From assembly GCA_964370025.1 (NCBI GenBank), contig CAYJGJ010000004.1, positions 6,216 to 70,215 of the forward strand: DNA of 64,000 nt, read 5' to 3'. This document shows positions 19,183 through 28,894 of this stretch, piece after piece. A program made the position numbers and the translations under genes. The number at the start of each line of letters is the position of its first letter. Position 1 is the stretch's first letter. This stretch comes from an uncultured Oscillospiraceae bacterium. Its GTDB lineage: Bacteria; Bacillota; Clostridia; Peptostreptococcales; Anaerovoracaceae. Under the pieces are notes generated by a model. The model had not been told where the DNA came from. It ran no database searches and saw nothing but the letters and a program-made list of their open reading frames with translations.

Positions 19183-21384
19183 ATGAAAAATAAAAAAACG
19201 AGTAATTATATACTTATCATTTTTCTGATAGCAATAGTGGGTGCTAATGTACTTGCTATTATTTGGTTTAATAATACCGTTTTTTCTCAATTAGAAAGTA
19301 GTGCAAAAGAATCACTAAAAGATATGGCGACTGAAGAACAACGAATAGTTTCTCTTTTGCTTAACAATAAGGAAACAGGGGTAATCAGCATAGTTGATTC
19401 TATAGTTCAAATTGGCAATTCGACGGAACAACTCATGTACTATATGCCGATGTGGGAAGAGAGATTTCAAATCGACAATCTCATACTGTCTGATATGGAA
19501 GGCATAGGGATAACTTCAGATGGAAAAGTAGTCGACATTTCTTCTGGTTCTTTTATAGAACTTGCAAAAACAGGGGAGCGAGCAATTACTAACCTTTATA
19601 TATCCGAAGTATCAGGAGAAACAGTACTAGCACTGTCTGCTCCAGTATATTATGAAGGTACAGTCCAAGCTATCGTTGTTGCTGAGTATACTGTCGGTAG
19701 TTTAACAAATTTATTGATTACATCTACAGATAGCAGGGGCTATTCGATGATTCTTAATAGAAACTCGGAAATCCTAGTTCACACTTATCCTTTTGACATT
19801 TCGTTTGAGAATTTTGTGGGGGCGGAATTTGAAGATTCCGTAACTTATCAGACAATTTTAGATGATTTTGCTAATTTAGAAAGTGGAAGTGCAACTTTTT
19901 CCATAGATGGAGATAGGAAGTTTTCAGAATATATACCGCTAGGAGTAGGTGAGCTTATGCTATTTTTTGAAAGTTCCGAAAGTGAATTGAGCGGAGCTGC
20001 AAGCGGCATTACAGGTGCAATGATAAGTGTAAGTATTAGTTTAGGGGTTGTGTTTTTACTGTTAATTGGATATATCTTGTGGAGCAGGCGCGATTCTATA
20101 AGAAAAATTGAGGAAGTAGCATATTTCGATGAACTAACAGGGTTGCCTAATCAAGTAAAATTTAAATTAGATGTTACTAAGATGTTACAGCAAAGTGATA
20201 TCGATGCAAGTAAATATGTGTTGATAAAATGTGACATATCTAATTTTAAAGCGATTAACGAAGTCTACGGATTCGATATAGGCAATGGTGTTATTACATC
20301 TATGGCTAATACAATACGATCTTTAAGCTCAAACAAAACTAAGGTTGCAAGAGTAGGCACAGATGAGTTTTTGCTTTTTGGAGAAAATCAAAGAATTGAA
20401 GAGAAACTGATAGTTGAAAATGCGATTCAACACGGCTTGATTGAAGATGTTCCAGAAATAAAAAAACATATGTTTAGTTTTAGATATGGAAGATATTATG
20501 TAGAACTTGGCGAAAATAGTATAGATGATATGATAAGCAAAGTGAGCATGGCACATAGTTATTCAAAATCTGAACGAGGTATGGCGATATGGAATTACGA
20601 TGAAATATTTAAAAAGCATTTAATACATCTTACTGAGATGACAAATAAAATGCGAGAAGCACTTAATAATCATGAATTCAAGTTATTCTTGCAGCCCAAA
20701 TATAGGGTATCAGATGAAAAAATAATCGGAGCAGAGGCTTTGGTCCGTTGGATTGAACTTGATGGTAAAATGAATTTTCCTGGTGAGTTTTTGCCTTTAT
20801 TTGAAAAGAATGGTTTTATATTGCTACTTGATAAATATATGTTTGAGCGTGCTTGTGCATTTATTAAAAAAAGGATTGACGAAAATAAGACGTATGTTCC
20901 AATTTCTGTTAATTTTTCAAGAAAGCACTTTGAAAACCCTAATTTTGTGGATGAACTATTGGAAATAGTAAATAAGTATCAAGTTCCTATCGATATGCTA
21001 GAAATAGAATTGACTGAAACAACTATTATAGAAAATGAATCCAATGTGAAACACAAGCTTCAAGAGCTCAGAAGCGTTGGTTTCTGTGTATCTGTCGATG
21101 ATTTTGGATCTGGCTATTCATCATTGGGCATGCTAAAAGATTATAAAGTGGATGTGATTAAACTCGATAGAAGCTTTTTCGTACAAGATGATGAAGATGA
21201 ACAGGGAAACACAGTAGTTGAGGGAATAGTTTCTCTTATAAATAATTTAGGTCCCAAAATTATCGCAGAGGGCATTGAAACAGCTGAACAAGTAGAGTTT
21301 CTTAAAACTGTAAACTGTTATGCAATCCAGGGATATTATTATGCTAAACCTATGATTTGCGATGAATTTGAGGGATATATTTAA
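19183..21384 (+). CDS. Membrane sensor (Cache-like periplasmic domain) with degenerate GGDEF and EAL domain
   Basis: N-terminal TM, about 270-aa extracytoplasmic domain, second TM. LTGLPNQ...RVGTDEF (GGDEF degenerated to GTDEF). EALVRW, ELTET, DDFGSGYSS, KLDRSF, EGIET, QGYYY. Confidence 0.85.
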   Translation: MKNKKTSNYILIIFLIAIVGANVLAIIWFNNTVFSQLESSAKESLKDMATEEQRIVSLLLNNKETGVISIVDSIVQIGNSTEQLMYYMPMWEERFQIDNLILSDMEGIGITSDGKVVDISSGSFIELAKTGERAITNLYISEVSGETVLALSAPVYYEGTVQAIVVAEYTVGSLTNLLITSTDSRGYSMILNRNSEILVHTYPFDISFENFVGAEFEDSVTYQTILDDFANLESGSATFSIDGDRKFSEYIPLGVGELMLFFESSESELSGAASGITGAMISVSISLGVVFLLLIGYILWSRRDSIRKIEEVAYFDELTGLPNQVKFKLDVTKMLQQSDIDASKYVLIKCDISNFKAINEVYGFDIGNGVITSMANTIRSLSSNKTKVARVGTDEFLLFGENQRIEEKLIVENAIQHGLIEDVPEIKKHMFSFRYGRYYVELGENSIDDMISKVSMAHSYSKSERGMAIWNYDEIFKKHLIHLTEMTNKMREALNNHEFKLFLQPKYRVSDEKIIGAEALVRWIELDGKMNFPGEFLPLFEKNGFILLLDKYMFERACAFIKKRIDENKTYVPISVNFSRKHFENPNFVDELLEIVNKYQVPIDMLEIELTETTIIENESNVKHKLQELRSVGFCVSVDDFGSGYSSLGMLKDYKVDVIKLDRSFFVQDDEDEQGNTVVEGIVSLINNLGPKIIAEGIETAEQVEFLKTVNCYAIQGYYYAKPMICDEFEGYI

Positions 21385-21403
21385 GAAAATATTGTATGTA
21401 AAT

Positions 21404-21446
21404 AAAGAAAAAGAATTATTAAGTCGCTTAATAATTCTTTTTCTTT
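21404..21446. terminator. Bidirectional intrinsic terminator between convergent genes
   Basis: Perfect 20-bp inverted repeat AAAGAAAAAGAATTATTAAG / CTTAATAATTCTTTTTCTTT with a 3-nt loop. A/T runs on both sides. Confidence 0.7.
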
Positions 21447-22184
21447 TTATATTGATGCGAGTAAAAATGTATTGAGTATTTTTTTTCGCTCTTTCCAATC
21501 AGGCATCAAAATAGACAGCATATCATAGAAGTTCTTAGAGTGATTGGGGTGCGTAAAGTGGACAAATTCGTGTAAAATAACATATTCTATGCATTTCAAT
21601 GGCGCCTCTATTAATTTTTTATTTAGAGTGATTTGCTTTTTTGAAACCATGCAAGATCCCCATCTAGATTTCATTGCCCTTATTTTTATAGTAGGATATG
21701 GGAAATTGTGCATGTGGCATGCTTTATATGTCTCGAGAGCAATTTCTTCAAAAGAATCAATACATTTTTTGTCAAAGAATTTTTTTACTAGTTTCTCTTT
21801 TCGCTTAACATCATCTGGATTCTTTATAATTAAGAGTAGATTATTGCCCTCTATAGATACATGTTCTTTGTTGTCTTTTAATACAAGAAGCGTTAGTCGT
21901 CTTCCAAGATACCAATACGATTCCCCACTAGTGTATTTTTTATATAAAGGTATATCATTCCTTTTCTTTGAAAATGTGTCTAAATGCTTAAAAATAAAGT
22001 CAGCTTTTTCTATTAAAAATCTTTCGACGCGTTTGATTCCAACTTTCTTGTGTGCGGAAACCAATACCTCTCCTGTAGATTTAATTCTAAGATTGATGTT
22101 TTTAACATCTTTTTCAGTGTAAATGTATTCTATTGTTTTATTTCCGGCTAACACTTTTCGTTTTGTCGAAGTAGTAGGCTTCAT
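21447..22184 (-). CDS. YgjP-like (DUF45/M48-like) metal-dependent hydrolase
   Basis: SRWGSC...ITLN and HEFVHFTHPNHSKNF (HExxH) motifs characteristic of DUF45. Confidence 0.8.
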   Translation of the reverse strand: MKPTTSTKRKVLAGNKTIEYIYTEKDVKNINLRIKSTGEVLVSAHKKVGIKRVERFLIEKADFIFKHLDTFSKKRNDIPLYKKYTSGESYWYLGRRLTLLVLKDNKEHVSIEGNNLLLIIKNPDDVKRKEKLVKKFFDKKCIDSFEEIALETYKACHMHNFPYPTIKIRAMKSRWGSCMVSKKQITLNKKLIEAPLKCIEYVILHEFVHFTHPNHSKNFYDMLSILMPDWKERKKILNTFLLASI

Positions 22185-22574
22185 ATAGGTTCTCCTAAGT
22201 ATTTTACAACTTTATATCATAGTGTAGTTAATAGAATTAACGAGTAGTGTATAGAATGAAGTCGCTGAATTTTTTTACTAGTTCCTGCCTCCAATTTTAA
22301 CTGTGGAATACAAGTTGCTAATTTCCTATATGTATAGTATATCCCAAAAATAAGAATTAAACAAGTTGGTTATCCATTCAGGAATGTAACTAGTTTATTA
22401 TGTGTGTTTAAAAATAATAATTTATAATGTATAATATTGTATATTAATAATTCATAGACTGTTTTCCATAATTTTATTTGATTTAATACAGTAAAATTCG
22501 CTCCTAGCGTGAATATTTGATTAAAATGGAATACGGGATAGTACTAATTTATTATGTTGCTAGTGGGAGTTTAG

Positions 22575-23510
22575 ATGAAAAAGATAAAAGTATCAATATT
22601 GTTTTTTGTTTTCGTGTTTTGCTTGAATTCTTGTTCACAAGTGCCGGTTAATAATGTGGCAGTAACTTACGATGAATTGGTTACTTACGAGGGAATCGTA
22701 TATAAAACAGTAGAGGATAAAGAACTTAAATTGGACATTCTTATGCCAACCGTACAGAAGTTTGAAAAAATTCCCGTTATTGTTTATATTCATGGGGGCA
22801 GTTTTGTAAGTGGAAGTAGTAGGTCATTATTGAGTGATACACGTGAGCATACAGTACCACAAATTTTAGAACTTGGTTATGCTATTATTGCCGTAGAGTA
22901 CACGCTTTGTGATGGGCAAAATGTGTTTCCACAAAATATTATCGATGTAAAAGACTCTGTAAGGTGGGTATACAAGAATGCTGATGCATATAGTTTTGAT
23001 ATAAATAACATAGGAGCATTTGGATCATCCGCTGGAGGATTACTAGCATTAATGATTGCATACACAAACAATAATGAATTCGTTGGGAAGGACCCTCTAA
23101 AAATATACCCGTCCGCGGTAAATTATGTAATTAACATCAATGGAGTTACTGATGTTTATGATCTGATTCTGCAATATTCAAATCCTATTCAAAAGAAATA
23201 TGAACTTCTTGGCAGTAGTTACTCTGTAGAGCACTTTTCGCCCGATCAAATGGAACAGGTTGAAAATTATTCTCCTTTAGCACATGTAAATAAAAATAGC
23301 GTGCCAACACTAATTTTTCATGGTACAGAGGATAACACTGTCAATATTGAGCAATCTGAATTGCTATTTAAGAAGTTAGTCTTGCATGGAAGCGATGTCA
23401 ATTTTATAAAGATTCAAGGGGCAGAGCATGGTCTGACCCCTATATCGGACGATGACTTGCAGATGGTTACAGAAACGACAATTTCCTTTATATTAGAAAA
23501 TTATAAATAA
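22575..23510 (+). CDS. Alpha/beta-hydrolase esterase/lipase, probable lipoprotein
   Basis: Signal peptide with lipobox-like LNSC. Oxyanion HGGSF, nucleophile elbow GSSAGG, C-terminal HG...EH. Confidence 0.75.
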   Translation: MKKIKVSILFFVFVFCLNSCSQVPVNNVAVTYDELVTYEGIVYKTVEDKELKLDILMPTVQKFEKIPVIVYIHGGSFVSGSSRSLLSDTREHTVPQILELGYAIIAVEYTLCDGQNVFPQNIIDVKDSVRWVYKNADAYSFDINNIGAFGSSAGGLLALMIAYTNNNEFVGKDPLKIYPSAVNYVININGVTDVYDLILQYSNPIQKKYELLGSSYSVEHFSPDQMEQVENYSPLAHVNKNSVPTLIFHGTEDNTVNIEQSELLFKKLVLHGSDVNFIKIQGAEHGLTPISDDDLQMVTETTISFILENYK

Positions 23511-24205
23511 TTAAACTGCTCGCTCTTATTTTTTGGTTCACATCTGTATGAAATAGCTTTTACAGGGCAATACATGTAGCAATCTCCACATTCATCGCAT
23601 CTGAATTTATCTATGCTATAGACACCATCGTCTTCGTTTACTGCGAGGAAAGAGCACATAACTTTGCATGCTCCACAAGCTATGCATTTTTCTTTGTCAA
23701 TAGTCAGTCCTTTGTACTTTTCTTTCGCGCCGCCGAATGCAAAATATTCTCTTTGGAGCTTATTCTCACGGTTAATTTTTTCAAAATCGTAGTCAAAGAC
23801 GTCACCGTAAGCATCCGTAATGCAAATCACTACCATCGCTTTATATTTTTCCTGATCTTTTATGCAAAAGTCAAATGATGGATTTTTCTTTGCTTTTATT
23901 TCTTCTATGGAAACTTCTTTGACGGTACCCGACATTCGGACTGCATAGCCCCCCTCAAAAATTGGAAATCCACTTTCGTCATGATCGACCTGTGTCTTTG
24001 CGTTTAAACCGCAAATAGAGATTTTTCCAGATTGTTTCATGTTGGCATAAAAATCTTTCGTAAACATAGTCATAAAGTAAATGCCATCATCGTCGTAGGC
24101 CCTAAGGTGTGCTATTCTCGATTCAGGGATCCCACTTTCATCAACCGATGTAAAAGATAGGCAACCTACCTTGTCGAATTTTTCATATATTTCTTTTATT
24201 GTCAT
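23501..24205 (-). CDS. PNPOx-like FMN-binding domain fused to a 2x[4Fe-4S] ferredoxin domain
   Basis: C-terminal CIACGACKVMC and CDECGDCYMYCP ferredoxin motifs. The N-terminus resembles the pyridoxamine-phosphate-oxidase split barrel. The 3' end overlaps the convergent esterase gene by 10 nt. Confidence 0.6.
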   Translation of the reverse strand: MTIKEIYEKFDKVGCLSFTSVDESGIPESRIAHLRAYDDDGIYFMTMFTKDFYANMKQSGKISICGLNAKTQVDHDESGFPIFEGGYAVRMSGTVKEVSIEEIKAKKNPSFDFCIKDQEKYKAMVVICITDAYGDVFDYDFEKINRENKLQREYFAFGGAKEKYKGLTIDKEKCIACGACKVMCSFLAVNEDDGVYSIDKFRCDECGDCYMYCPVKAISYRCEPKNKSEQFNYL

Positions 24206-24250
24206 GCTGTAACCTCCTTATTACAGAATAAAATAATTATACGTTTTAAA

Positions 24251-24575
24251 TTATATATTTAGAAAATCGTACAATTCTCGGGTCTTCGGACTTTGAAGGC
24301 ACGAAACATCGCCATGCTCACATATTTTTGCGTCTTTAAAGAAAACAATATAATCTGCGAAATCTTTAAGGAAGGATATCTCATGCGTTACAAAAATAAA
24401 ATTTCTTCCTTCGCTTTTTAGTTCCTTGACTGCCTTGAGGACTTCACTTGTAAGTATTGGGTCTAAAGATGCTGTCGGTTCATCGAGAAAAATAAGCTCT
24501 GGTTCAGTTGCAAGTTCCCTGCCATATCGATACGGGTCTGAAAAATCAGCTTTTTCCATCCCATCTGGTTTTGTA
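24251..24575 (-). pseudogene. Remnant of an amino-acid-type ABC transporter ATP-binding gene (C-terminal half only)
   Basis: Walker B/D-loop ELIFLDEPTASLDP and H-loop FVTHE are present. Walker A, the Q-loop and the LSGGQ signature are absent. The upstream part of the ORF has no ABC similarity and overlaps the divergent HxlR gene start. Confidence 0.6.
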
Positions 24576-24704
24576 CTCATGTCGCTTATGATAACATCTA
24601 TGTCTTGCATATTGTATTTATCAGTGATATTATAATGCCATATAAACAAAAAAACAAGTACGTTCTTTTTTGATACCGCGTAGTTAATATTAAGGAGTTC
24701 AGTT

Positions 24705-25043
24705 ATGCCAAAGCCCATTGTAGATTTGTTTGGAATATGCCCATATGTCACAATTCAAAAGTTACTATCAGGTAAGTGGAGTATATATATTTTATTTCTT
24801 TTGTCAGATAAACCTGTGCGATTCAATGAGCTCTTACGACTAATGCCAGAGGAACTAACTCATACTACACTTTCGCGGCAATTAAAAAAATTAGAAAATG
24901 ATGGAATTATTCTTAGGAATATCCCGCCAAGAGTTGAGTACGAACTAAGTGTAATTGGAAAAAAATTTTTGCCAGTTTTAATGGCGCTCAAAGAGTGGGG
25001 AATTGAATATATTGATTATACTAAGGATTATTTTAGAGAATAA
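24705..25043 (+). CDS. HxlR family (MarR-like) transcriptional regulator
   Basis: CPYVTIQKLLSGKWSIYILFLL...RFNEL...LTHTTLSRQLKKLENDGII...EYELS is the typical HxlR winged helix. Length 112 aa. Confidence 0.85.
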   Translation: MPKPIVDLFGICPYVTIQKLLSGKWSIYILFLLSDKPVRFNELLRLMPEELTHTTLSRQLKKLENDGIILRNIPPRVEYELSVIGKKFLPVLMALKEWGIEYIDYTKDYFRE

Positions 25044-25279
25044 CGTAAATAATATAGAGTATATTAACTTTTAAATCACAGTATGTCTCATGGATGATAA
25101 TGCAAATATTAGAGACTCGCTTATCGCTTAGAGAGTATTGTAAAGTTAAGAATTCATAAGAATAAGTAGCAAATGTACAACTAAAGAGTTGAGAAATTAC
25201 ACCAAGAAGTCGATTTGACTATTCGGCAATAATGTGCTAGAATAATTTTGCATTTTGCATAAATATTGGGTGGAATAAA

Positions 25280-27202
25280 ATGAGAAAATACATAGTAATA
25301 AGACTTGTCTTGTTAGTACTTGTAATTGGTGGACTAATCATATCTGTTGGTGCATATATTATGTATCAAGAGGCGCAGTCAGGATTTGAGCAAGAAGCTG
25401 TTGAGCAAATATCACAGATTGAAGATATTTTGCAAGAAAATGAAGAATCGGTAGCAGAGTTACAAGAAGATTTGAAAGATGACTTCTTAATTCGAGCTCA
25501 TGCTGCAGCTTATATTGTGCAAAATAACAAAGATGTTATATTTGATATTCAGCAATTAGATTATATAGTTTCGCTTCTTCAAGTAGACGAAATCCATTTT
25601 TTTAATCACGATGGCATAATTTACAGTGGCAATATTCCTGAATATCATGGAATATCAGTTTATTCTGGCGGACAAATTGCGTTTTTTGCACCTATGTTGA
25701 ATGATTACGATTTAGAGCTTGCACAGGATGTTACCCCAAATACAGCAGAAAAAAAAGATATGCAGTATGTAGCGGTGTGGAGTGAAGATAGACAACACAT
25801 AGTTCAGATAGGTATTGAACCAGTACGACTACTAGATGAAATGATGACTACGGATCTTTCTTTTATATTTTCTCGTCTTACACCTTCTATGAATACAATG
25901 TCATTTGCCGTCGACTGTACGAGTGGCGAAATAATTAGCAGTACAAACATGACAGTTTTCGGTGAAACACTGTCAGATATTGGAATGTCAAATTTTAATA
26001 GTTCAGATGTCGGAAAACTTCAAAATGCAGTTATCGATGGAGAACAAGGATATGTTTATTTTAAGCAACATTCAGAAGATATATATATCGGATTTTATAG
26101 AAATGAAACATCGATATATGATTCGACGATGGAAGCTCTTTCCAATATGGCACATATAGCTTTGCTTATTTCTTCTGTTATTATTGTCTTGGTATATTTC
26201 CTATTAAATCAAACAGTTCTCCGGGGTCTTTCTAAAATAGAAGACGGCATGAAGACGATTTCTGAAGGAAATTTAGAATACAAAATGGATGTTAGTGGGC
26301 TGCCTGAGTTTAAGTCTTTGAGTAGTAATATTAACTTTATGGTAAATCGTGTGCTTGAAACGTCAGGAAAGTTTTCCATTATTTTTGAATATGTTAATAT
26401 GCCTATTGCTATGTATGAATGTAATGAACAGGCGGTGGTTGTAACAGGTAAGATGTCAGAGATATTTGAAATTTCCGAAGAACGTTTTTCACAAGAACTA
26501 AAATCGCCTAGCGATTTCATGAAGTTTATTGAAGAAATAATGGCACGACGCCATCCAAGTGAAAATGATTTGTATATTTATCCAGCTGATTCTGGTGATC
26601 GATTCTTAAAAATACTGCGGCATCAAGACGGAAGCAGTGATTGGGGATTAATCATAGATTCCACAGAAGAAATAGTCGAAAAATATACCATCAAGCAAGA
26701 GCGCGATTTTGATTTTCTTACAGGTCTTTACAATAAAAGATCTTTCTTTGAACAAGTGGAGGCCCTTTCTCTAAAAGAGGACGAAGTAAAGAAAGCTATA
26801 ATAGTAGTTTATGATTTAGATAATTTGAAGTACGTCAATGACACATGGGGACACGATACAGGTGACGCATTTATTAGTGCAGCGGCTAGTGTTTTAAAAG
26901 AATGCACGTATGAACATAAGATGTGTTCTAGACTTAGCGGTGATGAATTCGCAATGGTTCTTTATGCTTCTGATGATTATCTTCAATTGGAGCAACAGCT
27001 AGAAAAAATTAAGGAAGATTTCAAAGCTTCATATATAGATACGCCAGACGGAAAAGGTCATAGAGTTAGCGCATCTATAGGATATTCTCTTTACCCTGAA
27101 CATGCAAGTGATTTCAGAACTTGCATTACCTATGCAGATAAAGCATTATATGTTGCAAAAAGTAAGGCAAAGGGGAGTATTCAAAAATACATTCCGAAGT
27201 AA
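25280..27202 (+). CDS. Membrane sensor diguanylate cyclase (extracytoplasmic domain-HAMP-PAS-like-GGDEF)
   Basis: Two TM segments flank a roughly 260-aa domain, followed by a HAMP-like segment. LTGLYNKR, NDTWGHDTGD and RLSGDEF (SGDEF variant), then a C-terminal KGS motif. Confidence 0.85.
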   Translation: MRKYIVIRLVLLVLVIGGLIISVGAYIMYQEAQSGFEQEAVEQISQIEDILQENEESVAELQEDLKDDFLIRAHAAAYIVQNNKDVIFDIQQLDYIVSLLQVDEIHFFNHDGIIYSGNIPEYHGISVYSGGQIAFFAPMLNDYDLELAQDVTPNTAEKKDMQYVAVWSEDRQHIVQIGIEPVRLLDEMMTTDLSFIFSRLTPSMNTMSFAVDCTSGEIISSTNMTVFGETLSDIGMSNFNSSDVGKLQNAVIDGEQGYVYFKQHSEDIYIGFYRNETSIYDSTMEALSNMAHIALLISSVIIVLVYFLLNQTVLRGLSKIEDGMKTISEGNLEYKMDVSGLPEFKSLSSNINFMVNRVLETSGKFSIIFEYVNMPIAMYECNEQAVVVTGKMSEIFEISEERFSQELKSPSDFMKFIEEIMARRHPSENDLYIYPADSGDRFLKILRHQDGSSDWGLIIDSTEEIVEKYTIKQERDFDFLTGLYNKRSFFEQVEALSLKEDEVKKAIIVVYDLDNLKYVNDTWGHDTGDAFISAAASVLKECTYEHKMCSRLSGDEFAMVLYASDDYLQLEQQLEKIKEDFKASYIDTPDGKGHRVSASIGYSLYPEHASDFRTCITYADKALYVAKSKAKGSIQKYIPK

Positions 27203-27356
27203 TATAAATAACCTACGGCTATTTATCGTTCTACTTGCCCTTGCTACGCAAGATGGCAGATTTATATTAGCAAAGCTAATATAAATAACCTACGGATATT
27301 TATCGTTCTGCCGGCCCTTGCGCTTTCACTTTACATGCGCACATGGCACGTTTATA
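27201..27356 (+). repeat. Tandem direct repeat, two units, 77-bp period, 5' 32 nt nearly identical
   Basis: AATATAAATAACCTACGGCTATTTATCGTTCT at 27201-27232 and AATATAAATAACCTACGGATATTTATCGTTCT at 27278-27309 (31/32 identical). Both are followed by a ..CCCTTGC.. segment and end in (A/G)TTTATA. Each unit has an ATAAATA/TATTTAT hairpin. Confidence 0.75.
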
Positions 27357-27518
27357 AGTAGTGTGTCTTCTGAAAAACAAAAAACGCAACAATTTTGAGG
27401 GATGCTCCTCGTACTAGACCTAAGATTCTAATATGAGAGGCATGAAATAATATTTCCTCTAATTCGTTGCATTTTTTTAAATTTCAAATAGCTACAAAGC
27501 GAAATTCTCATTGTAGTT

Positions 27519-28736
27519 TTAAGATTGTTTGTATGTTGACAAAAAATCTCGTATGTGTCCAGTTGCCTCTTTGATTAAAGTAACATCAGGAAGATATACA
27601 ATTCTAAAGTGATCGGGTTCGCTGTGATGGAATCCTCCGCCACGAACTAAGAGTACTTTTTTCTCTTTGAGGAGATCGAATACAAATTTTTCATCACTTG
27701 TAATATTGAATTTTTTAATGTCAAGTTTGGGGAATATGTAAAATGCCCCTTTAGGTTTGACGGCAGATAGTCCTGGAATATCGTTCATTTCCTTATATAT
27801 TAATTCGCGTTGTTCATATACTCTTCCACCAGGAAGTAAGTCAGGATTTTTGACATCTGAATCTTTAAGCGCATACTCTACGAGCCGTTGCGCTGGAACA
27901 TTTGAACAAAGACGCATAGAAGATAACATGTTTATTCCATCAATGTATCCAGAAATTTTTTCTAACGCCCCGGAGAACATCATCCAACCTATTCTATATC
28001 CACAAACATAATGAGATTTGGAAAGTCCTCCAAATGTCACGCAAGGGAACTTATCCCCTAACGATGCTATCGGATAATGTACGTTGTCATCAAACAAAAG
28101 CCGGTCGTATATTTCATCAGAAAAAACTATAAGTTCTTTTTCTTCTGCAAGTTTAACTACTTCGAGTAGGAATTCCTTAGGGTATACCGCACCTGTTGGA
28201 TTGTTCGGATTTATTAAAATAATCCCTTTAGTTTTGTCGTTTATTTTGCTCTTGATATCATTTATATCGGGCACCCAATCGCTTTGTTCGTCACATATAT
28301 AGTGAACTGCTTTTGCACCTGTTAGTGTAACCGACGCTGTCCATAAGGGATAATTTGGTGAAGGTAGTAGCATTTCATCCCCGGGATTTAAAAGGGCTTG
28401 CATTGAAAGCTGTATTAACTCGGAAACGCCATTTCCTGTATATATATTATTAGGAGAAGCATTCGATATACCGTTTCTTGTGTAGTAATTGCAGATAGCT
28501 TCTCTTGTATCTAGGAGTCCTTTTGATTCAGAATATCCGTCAGAAGACCTTAACCCATTAATCATTTCTTCTACCAAATCGGATGGTGCATTAAGTCCAA
28601 AGGGTGCGGGATTACCTAGGTTTAGCTTGACAATTTTATCTCCAAGCTTTTCCATACGCATAGCTTCATCCAGTATTGGTCCTCTAATGTCATAAAATAC
28701 ATTATCTAGGCTAGTTGATTTTTTGAATTCTCTCAT
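27519..28736 (-). CDS. Class I/II PLP-dependent aminotransferase (AlaA/AlaC-like)
   Basis: N-terminal YDIRGPILDEA...KLNLGNPAPFGL typical of alanine aminotransferase-type enzymes. NPNNPTG, and SKS..VCGYRIGW carrying the PLP lysine. Confidence 0.8.
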   Translation of the reverse strand: MREFKKSTSLDNVFYDIRGPILDEAMRMEKLGDKIVKLNLGNPAPFGLNAPSDLVEEMINGLRSSDGYSESKGLLDTREAICNYYTRNGISNASPNNIYTGNGVSELIQLSMQALLNPGDEMLLPSPNYPLWTASVTLTGAKAVHYICDEQSDWVPDINDIKSKINDKTKGIILINPNNPTGAVYPKEFLLEVVKLAEEKELIVFSDEIYDRLLFDDNVHYPIASLGDKFPCVTFGGLSKSHYVCGYRIGWMMFSGALEKISGYIDGINMLSSMRLCSNVPAQRLVEYALKDSDVKNPDLLPGGRVYEQRELIYKEMNDIPGLSAVKPKGAFYIFPKLDIKKFNITSDEKFVFDLLKEKKVLLVRGGGFHHSEPDHFRIVYLPDVTLIKEATGHIRDFLSTYKQS

Positions 28737-28894
28737 TTATTCCTCCTTAATTCACGTTTTAAAACTGATTTTATTATATAAAAAAAATTAAAATAATTCA
28801 AATTAATTTATTTTTCTATGCTCCAAATAATTCAACAATCTCAAATATATAAATTATAAATCACAATAGTAGTGTGCCATAAATAGAGATCTTA

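Noticed and set aside
21447-22184. DUF45/YgjP metallopeptidase as a marker of a restriction-modification or defence island
   Set aside because: No hsd, helicase, nuclease or methyltransferase genes flank it. The neighbours are a c-di-GMP protein and an esterase.
27201-27356. Possible CRISPR array
   Set aside because: There are only two units. The spacer-equivalent parts are homologous to each other rather than unique, and the repeat arms are not CRISPR-like. No cas genes are in the window.
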